A DNA stretch of 64,000 nt from Eledone cirrhosa. Its lineage: Eukaryota. The stretch covers positions 35,898,001 through 35,962,000 of the forward strand of contig OZ024742.1 in the NCBI GenBank assembly GCA_964016885.1. Direction: 5' to 3'. The notes under the pieces were generated by a model, which worked only from the letters and a program-made list of their open reading frames with translations, ran no database searches and had not been told where the DNA came from. The position numbers and the translations under genes are program-made. How positions within the stretch are numbered: the stretch's first letter is position 1; each line of letters opens with the position of its first letter. Of the stretch, positions 58,045-64,000 are shown piece by piece.

Positions 58045-58300
58045 ACGTTCGCTGGCAAAGAACGGGAAAAAACGAATAATACGTCATTAATAGGAGCGGT
58101 GAAAACCAATTACGCGCAAAGACAAAACCACGTTTATGGTATAAAAGAAGTCGTAGACTAATGTTCTCTTAGGTGGTGCATAGAGACGTTCTCTGGCAAT
58201 GAACGAAAAAACGAAGATAATACGTCATATGTGGAGCGTGGAGAACAATAGCACGCAAAGACAAAACCACGTAAATGGTATAGCAGAAGTCGTAGACTAA
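58045..58300. repeat. Diverged tandem duplication, ~141-bp period
   Basis: ACGTTC.CTGGCAA.GAACG..GACAAAACCACGT..ATGGTATA..AGAAGTCGTAGACTAA occurs twice. Confidence 0.8.
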
Positions 58301-58653
58301 AATTCTAACTAGGAGACCAAATGAATCTCCGCTACAGAGTTAAGAACAAAGTAAATAAATACAATACAGAAGTAATAGAAATAAATAAATACATACACGC
58401 AAACAAATACGTACATACACAAGCATACGCATACACTTATCATAGGTATACAAAACCACGCACATATAAATATGTGTGTGTATGCGTGTATACAAATAAA
58501 TAAATAATTATATAAACGTATATGAATAAATAAATACGTATATAACAAGCGCACACACATACCTACATATAAATACACGAATGTTGGGAGACGTAAGTCA
58601 ACTAAAACAAGAAGTACACATATACACACACCCATCATCAAATTTATTATTAT

Positions 58654-58685
<32 letters not shown>

Positions 58686-58688
<3 letters not shown>

Positions 58689-59075
58689 CAGGTCGATCTG
58701 CCGGCAAACGAAGGATGTGGCCCGCGAAGCGCCGTCTCCTTTTCGGGACAATGTCCCTTAACCTCTCCAATCCTGACCTCCTTATCACTTCCTCGTTGCT
58801 AACTTGGTCTCTCCAAGCTTGGTCCCTCAAGCTTGTTACATACACTTTCCGCACTCTTCCATGTCTCACAGGCATATTGCCATGGATTGGGTACCAGAAG
58901 GTGGCAGGAGAGAACGGGGAAGACCACGAAAAACATGGCGGAGCACATTCAGGGAGGACCTGCGGGAGATGGGAATTACCTGGAGAGGTGCTAGAAGGGC
59001 CGCCAGTGACAGGATCAAGTGGAGGAAGCTCGTCGCCCAATGTTCCACAAGGGACTGGGGGAACTAAGACTAAGA
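58686..59075. mobile_element. RTE LINE 3' fragment with 5' inversion
   Basis: Minus part WRDQVSNEEV..FAGHILRLPADRPA; plus part HIAMDWVPEGGRRERGRPRKTW. Confidence 0.85.
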
Positions 59076-59087
59076 TAGATATATATA

Positions 59088-59178
<91 letters not shown>

Positions 59179-59248
59179 AGATTATAGTAGTGATTGGATT
59201 TCCTCCCAACAGCCCAGATGTTCCCGAAACTGAAGGAAAAGCCTAGGT

Positions 59249-59897
59249 GAAGAAATACCTATGATGGCTAGTAGACCACTGATGATGGATAGTCCTGGCT
59301 TCTATTTCTAATTCTTCATTTTATTATATATATCATATTTGCAACAACACAGCTCGCCATTTTTCATTCATATATGTTTTCCCCCTTCGCTGTGACCTGT
59401 CTCTTTCTCTTCCCTTACTGCTATCCTCTTTCTCTCTCCCCCTTCTCTCTCCTTCTCCCTCTTACTTTCACCCCCCCCCCCCCCTCTACTAGCCACCCTC
59501 TCTCGGCTAGCCTCTTCCTCACACTTTCACTCACTCACTCTCTGCTACTCACCCTCTCTCTCACTTCCTCCATCGTCCCACACCGTACGAAATTCTTTCC
59601 TCGCTCACATTCACACGGCCAAGATGTGTCTTTGCCTTCTAGTTCGCAAGTTCTTATGTTCGAAATGAATCATTGACTTGATTTTCTCATTTTTTCCTCT
59701 CTTTACGTTGCCTCACCATTCGTGTTTGTTTACCTGTCTCTCTTACTCCACCCAATTCTTTTTATCCCAATAACTTAATTTAGTTATTGTATTGCTCTAG
59801 CCGGAGGTATATGGTCTGTAATGCGAAGAAATACCTATGATGGCTAGTAGACCACTGATGATGGATAGTCCTGGCTTCTATTTCTAATCGTTCATTT

Positions 59898-59905
<8 letters not shown>
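59249..59905 (+). mobile_element. Family A non-coding repeat, 576-bp monomer plus ~80-bp terminal direct repeat
   Basis: 59249-59330 repeats at 59825-59905, followed by (TA)n. Confidence 0.85.
59797..59862 (+). ncRNA. Candidate rearranged hammerhead with K-turn, family A
   Basis: CTAGCC-GGA-GGTAT-A-TGGTCT-GTAATGCGAA-GAA-ATACC-TAT-GAT-GGCTAG-T-AGACCA-CTGATGA-T. Confidence 0.65.
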
Positions 59906-59960
<55 letters not shown>

Positions 59961-60051
59961 AAAGAATAGAGGTGTAACACACAAGTTATTATATATTGGT
60001 AAACGGAATAGAAAATGCTGACAAATTGTTCACAGTTGAAAAATGGTTTAA

Positions 60052-61200
60052 TCTATATATATAAAACTGAGGTTGTCTGTCTGTCTACTAAAACCTTCGG
60101 CACACATCTCCTCTTAAACCGTACGTTCAAATTTCGGTGAAATTGCTACACTTATAGATGAAGGTCCAGCGGAACCATCGGTCAAATAAATTTTCAAATA
60201 AGTTCTTGTTTTTGATTATGTCATCTATATATATAAAACTGAGGTTGTCTGTCTGTCTACTAAAACCTTCGGCACACATCTCCTCTTAAACCGTACGTTC
60301 AAATTTCGGTGAAATTGCTACACTTATTGATGAAGGTCCGGCGGAACCATTGGTCAAATAAATTTTCAAATAAGTTCTTGTTTTTGATTATGTCATCTAT
60401 ATATATAAAACTGAGGTTGTCTGTCTGTCTACTAAAACCTTCGGCACACATCTCCTCTTAAACCGTACGTTCAAATTTCGGTGAAATTGCTACACTTATA
60501 GATGAAGGTCCGGCGGAACCATCGGTCAAATAAATTTTCAAATAAGTTCTTGTTTTTGATTATGTCATCTATATATATAAAGCTGTGGTTGTCTGTCTGT
60601 CTATCGATTTTTGGCACACATCTCCTCTTAGAATCTCTCACGGAATTGCACCGAAATTGCTATACTTGTACATTGAGCCCTAGCGAAGACATCGGAAAAA
60701 AAATATTTCAAATTGACCCACCCTATGTGACGAAATCGAATCTAATGTATCGATTTTTGAGCGTAAGTGACGAATTATTTCCCTTTGTTCTGTTTACATA
60801 GAGCGTCTCAGCGTTTAAAATGACATTAACACAATACACGAACAGTTGTCGAGCCAGCAAAATTTTGACCTGCAAAATTCATCAGTTCGAACACTAAGCT
60901 TCCGTTTTGCTTCATTTCCATTTAAAAGCCTTTTAAAACAATATTTTTACTTGAAAACAAGTCTATTTAAAGACTACGTAAAACAAGCAAATATTTCCTC
61001 TTTTGTTATAACATTCGGGTTATTGTTATGTTTTCTTAACTTCATAAGGCATATTGTTGGTTGAGGGAATATTAATCAAAAACACCACATGCAAGTCTGC
61101 ACAGTAGACACTACAGTTTTTAAGCCAAAAAAGAAACTTAACATTGTAACTTTAACACAGCTACTGAGCGACCCCGAGCAACGCCGGGCTTTACTGCTAG
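60052..61200 (+). mobile_element. Non-autonomous Helitron with tandem 172-bp 5' ends
   Basis: Starts TC after A, and ends with hairpin CCCG-agcaacgc-CGGG then CTAG before T. No TSD. Confidence 0.9.
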
Positions 61201-61532
61201 TTAGGAATAAAAGAGTATTAGTAATTGTATGGGTTAGTATTCAGTTGTGGTTTTAAGTTTTTAAGGTTTTACCGGTTGCGCATTTCTAAATGCTTTTCAA
61301 AAATAATTTTGAGATAGAGTGTTCGTGTTGTTTGCTCTGATCAGAGCAAACAACACGAACACTCTATCTCAAAATTATTTTTGAAAAGCATTTAGAAATG
61401 CGCAACCGGTAAAACCTTAAAAACTTAAAACCACAACTGAATACTAACCCACACAATTACTAATACTCTTTTATTCCTAATTAAACCATTTTTCAACTGT
61501 GAACAATTTGCCAGCATTTTCTATTCCGTTTA

Positions 61533-61542
<10 letters not shown>
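61201..61542. mobile_element. Fold-back repeat related to family C (left arm continues at 59989-60051)
   Basis: Palindrome centred at 61340/61341; HHR-like 61378-61414 TTT-TTGAAAA-GCATT-taga-AATGC-GCAA-CCGG-TA-AAA. Confidence 0.85.
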
Positions 61543-61609
<67 letters not shown>

Positions 61610-61768
61610 GAAATAGGATTTCGCTTCAAGCATAGCTTTATACAATTTGTATAAATATTTCGTATCTCCAAAGAAATACGGTTTTAGGAAGCCGTAGCTA
61701 TGCAAACACCGGGGGGGGGGGGGGGGGCTAACGCCCTCTGGTGATGTCCAGCAGAAGCAAGGGGGACA

Positions 61769-61812
61769 ACCGTCTATGCGTTTCAGGCTTAACTGGCCAT
61801 CTTCAGGACAGT
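61769..61812 (-). ncRNA. Minimal type I hammerhead
   Basis: ACTGTC-CTGAAGA-TGGC-cagttaa-GCCT-GAAA-CGCA-TA-GACGGT. Confidence 0.7.
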
Positions 61813-61875
61813 CCCTCTCACCGCTTGCGACTGCTGGACTAGAAGGCAGGCGAGAATATATAGTTTTCTCGTTCT

Positions 61876-61916
<41 letters not shown>

Positions 61917-62689
61917 AACTTCTGCACAGTTTCTGTCTACCAAACTCCACTCACCAATCAGTATGACTATACTAGAAGACACTTGCCCAAGATGCTATGT
62001 AGTGGGATAGAACCTGAAGCCACACAGCTACTCTACTCCATGCCTGAACCTATATTATATATTTACTTTAACTTATTGTTTCCCGTTTATATTTAACATA
62101 TCCCTGCTGGTTGATAGACTTTAGAAGTGGCTTTTGACACAACAATATGCACCCAGTACACTCTGTAAAGCCAAAGTGCTAGTGTCATGATTATAAGCAT
62201 CCAGTGTACCTAGTCAGATGGTAGTGCTTGTGCCCCAATAAACTTCACTAGAGTCATACTGTAATGTGGGTGACATTAAGAAGGGCTTCTGGCTGGAATG
62301 TATAGAAAGATACAATTATCTGCCCTATCTTGTCTCAGATTGTAACAACCCATCTGACTCATTTTGAATCCCAAAAGATCCTCTGATCAATATGAAATTT
62401 GTCATATGGCCTGCAAGGCTAACTGTTGCTTCAACTGGGGAAATGCCTTACTAACATATATACAGTTTGTTGAATAATATACCTTTAAAATCCATTCTAG
62501 GATAATGTATCTTATAAACTATAACAAATAGGTGCAGACATGGATGCATAGTTAAGGAATTCACTTCACAATGACAATATCTTTGATTCAGGCCTCCTGC
62601 ACAGCAACTTGAGAAAGTATATTCCACTAGAGCATCAGGTTGACCAATGCTTTGTAAGTGAAATTTGATAGATGGAAACTGCAGTAGTG

Positions 62690-62800
62690 GGTGTTGGATG
62701 GACGGACCAATAAAGTTGCTCGGAGTTTGGTTTGGACTAGATCTCCAGGTGGATAAGAATTGGCACAAAGTCATGATCAGGGTAGCCACTTTCACCCAGA
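62690..62800 (+). mobile_element. Short Tx1-like LINE fragment
   Basis: WMDGPIKLLGVWFGLDLQVDKNW resembles the 9540-9600 (-) translation. Confidence 0.75.
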
Positions 62801-64000
62801 AAAGAAACTTCCATCATAATCTTGTGTAGCAACCTTTTGGTTCCAAACACCAGCTTAATAATAGGAGTTTTAGTTATATTAGTAAATTTCTCTAAATTAT
62901 TAATTATTTAAAAAATTATTTGAAAGTAATAGGCAGTGTCTTTTATTAAAAATATGGTAAAAAAAGGATTGATATGCCTTACAAAATAACAAATAATCAC
63001 AGAGACAGACAAGAAGTAATCTATCTAAGCTAATCTAGCTGAGTTTACACTCACAAATAAGAAGAACCAGAGCCACCCCTAGGAGCATTGGATTTGGTGT
63101 ACATCATATTTGTTTCAGTTGCTGAATACAATCAGGAGTCGCTGCTTCTCCTAAAGGTCAATAGTTCTCTTCTAACTCGAGCGGGAGCACCTTTCCATTG
63201 TCAATTTGCATTGATCATCTGCAAAGCCACATTGTTCTCAGAGAACCACTACACTAGTCTTTCAATGCATGCAGCTGGAACTACCCATTGATTTGGCAGG
63301 AGGGCAACTCATTTCTACAGCTTAGTAAACTGGAGCAATGTGAAATAAAGTGTCTTGCTCAAGGACACAACACATCACCTGGTCTGAGAATCAAACTCAC
63401 AACTTTTCGATTGCAAGCCCAATGCTTTAACCACTAAGCCATGTGCTCTCACCAAAGATTTCACAAGAAGTAATCATCATTATTTTATGTCCTCTTCCCA
63501 TATTAGAATGAGTTGAATGAGTTGTCATGGTTCAAGACCAGACGAGTTAGTGTGACCAAGTTTACACATTACATTCCATATTTTGTATGGTTTCTGAAGA
63601 TTGATGATCTTCCTTATGCCAACCACCTTAGATGATCTACTTGATGCATTTTATCATGGCACCAACACTAGAAAGGTTGTTACAGGCTAGGCCAGACTGA
63701 AGAGTCCTCTCAAACCCTATATAGTCTGTGTTTGATTTCAGTTACAAAACACTGTAGCCTCTTGTCTCTCACCACATTTACTTTTAGAATCATAGTGCTT
63801 GTACTGGTGGACAGGTCTTTTGCATTATGGCATATCACCAGTCAGCTCAATCCTGTATTATCTTCTTCATGCAGCTCAGTTCCTTCATTGCTTCATCCCT
63901 AGCTTTCCATCAGTTCCATCTACCTCAAGCACTTAGCATTTTATATAAAACTCTCCCCCTCCTTGTGCATCACATGCCCATACCGATTCAATGATCTCAA

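Noticed and set aside
59837-59861. ATGATG...CTGA read as a box C/D snoRNA or SECIS
   Set aside because: Spacing is too short for SECIS helix II or a guide, and there is no terminal stem. The covarying K-turn/hammerhead model explains these bases better.

Overview
Eukaryotic, AT-rich, gene-free window made almost entirely of repeats. The SINE style and microsatellite load suggest an octopus or other coleoid cephalopod, which is an inference. No host protein-coding exon is supported, and most ORFs in the track are microsatellite or satellite translations. Recognisable content: a frameshifted but near-complete Penelope-like element (PLE, Naiad-type RT plus GIY-YIG, 54252-56419, minus strand), a decayed second PLE RT, Tx1/L1-, R4/Dong-, RTE- and Vingi-like LINE fragments, about ten tRNA-derived SINE copies, a hAT MITE, a non-autonomous Helitron, a 6.9-kb 32-bp satellite and a 44-bp minisatellite. 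Between the (TA)n tracts sit many short non-coding repeats that carry hammerhead ribozyme (HHR) cores and are often folded back into palindromes. The most striking signal is a motif shared by two otherwise diverged repeats (59797-59862 and 14925-14990, partial copy 49853-49921). It holds all hammerhead core nucleotides in a non-circularly permuted, pseudoknotted order, closed by a canonical kink-turn, and its helices covary. One carrier is a ~576-bp retrozyme-like monomer. All structures were folded by eye and none is experimentally tested.
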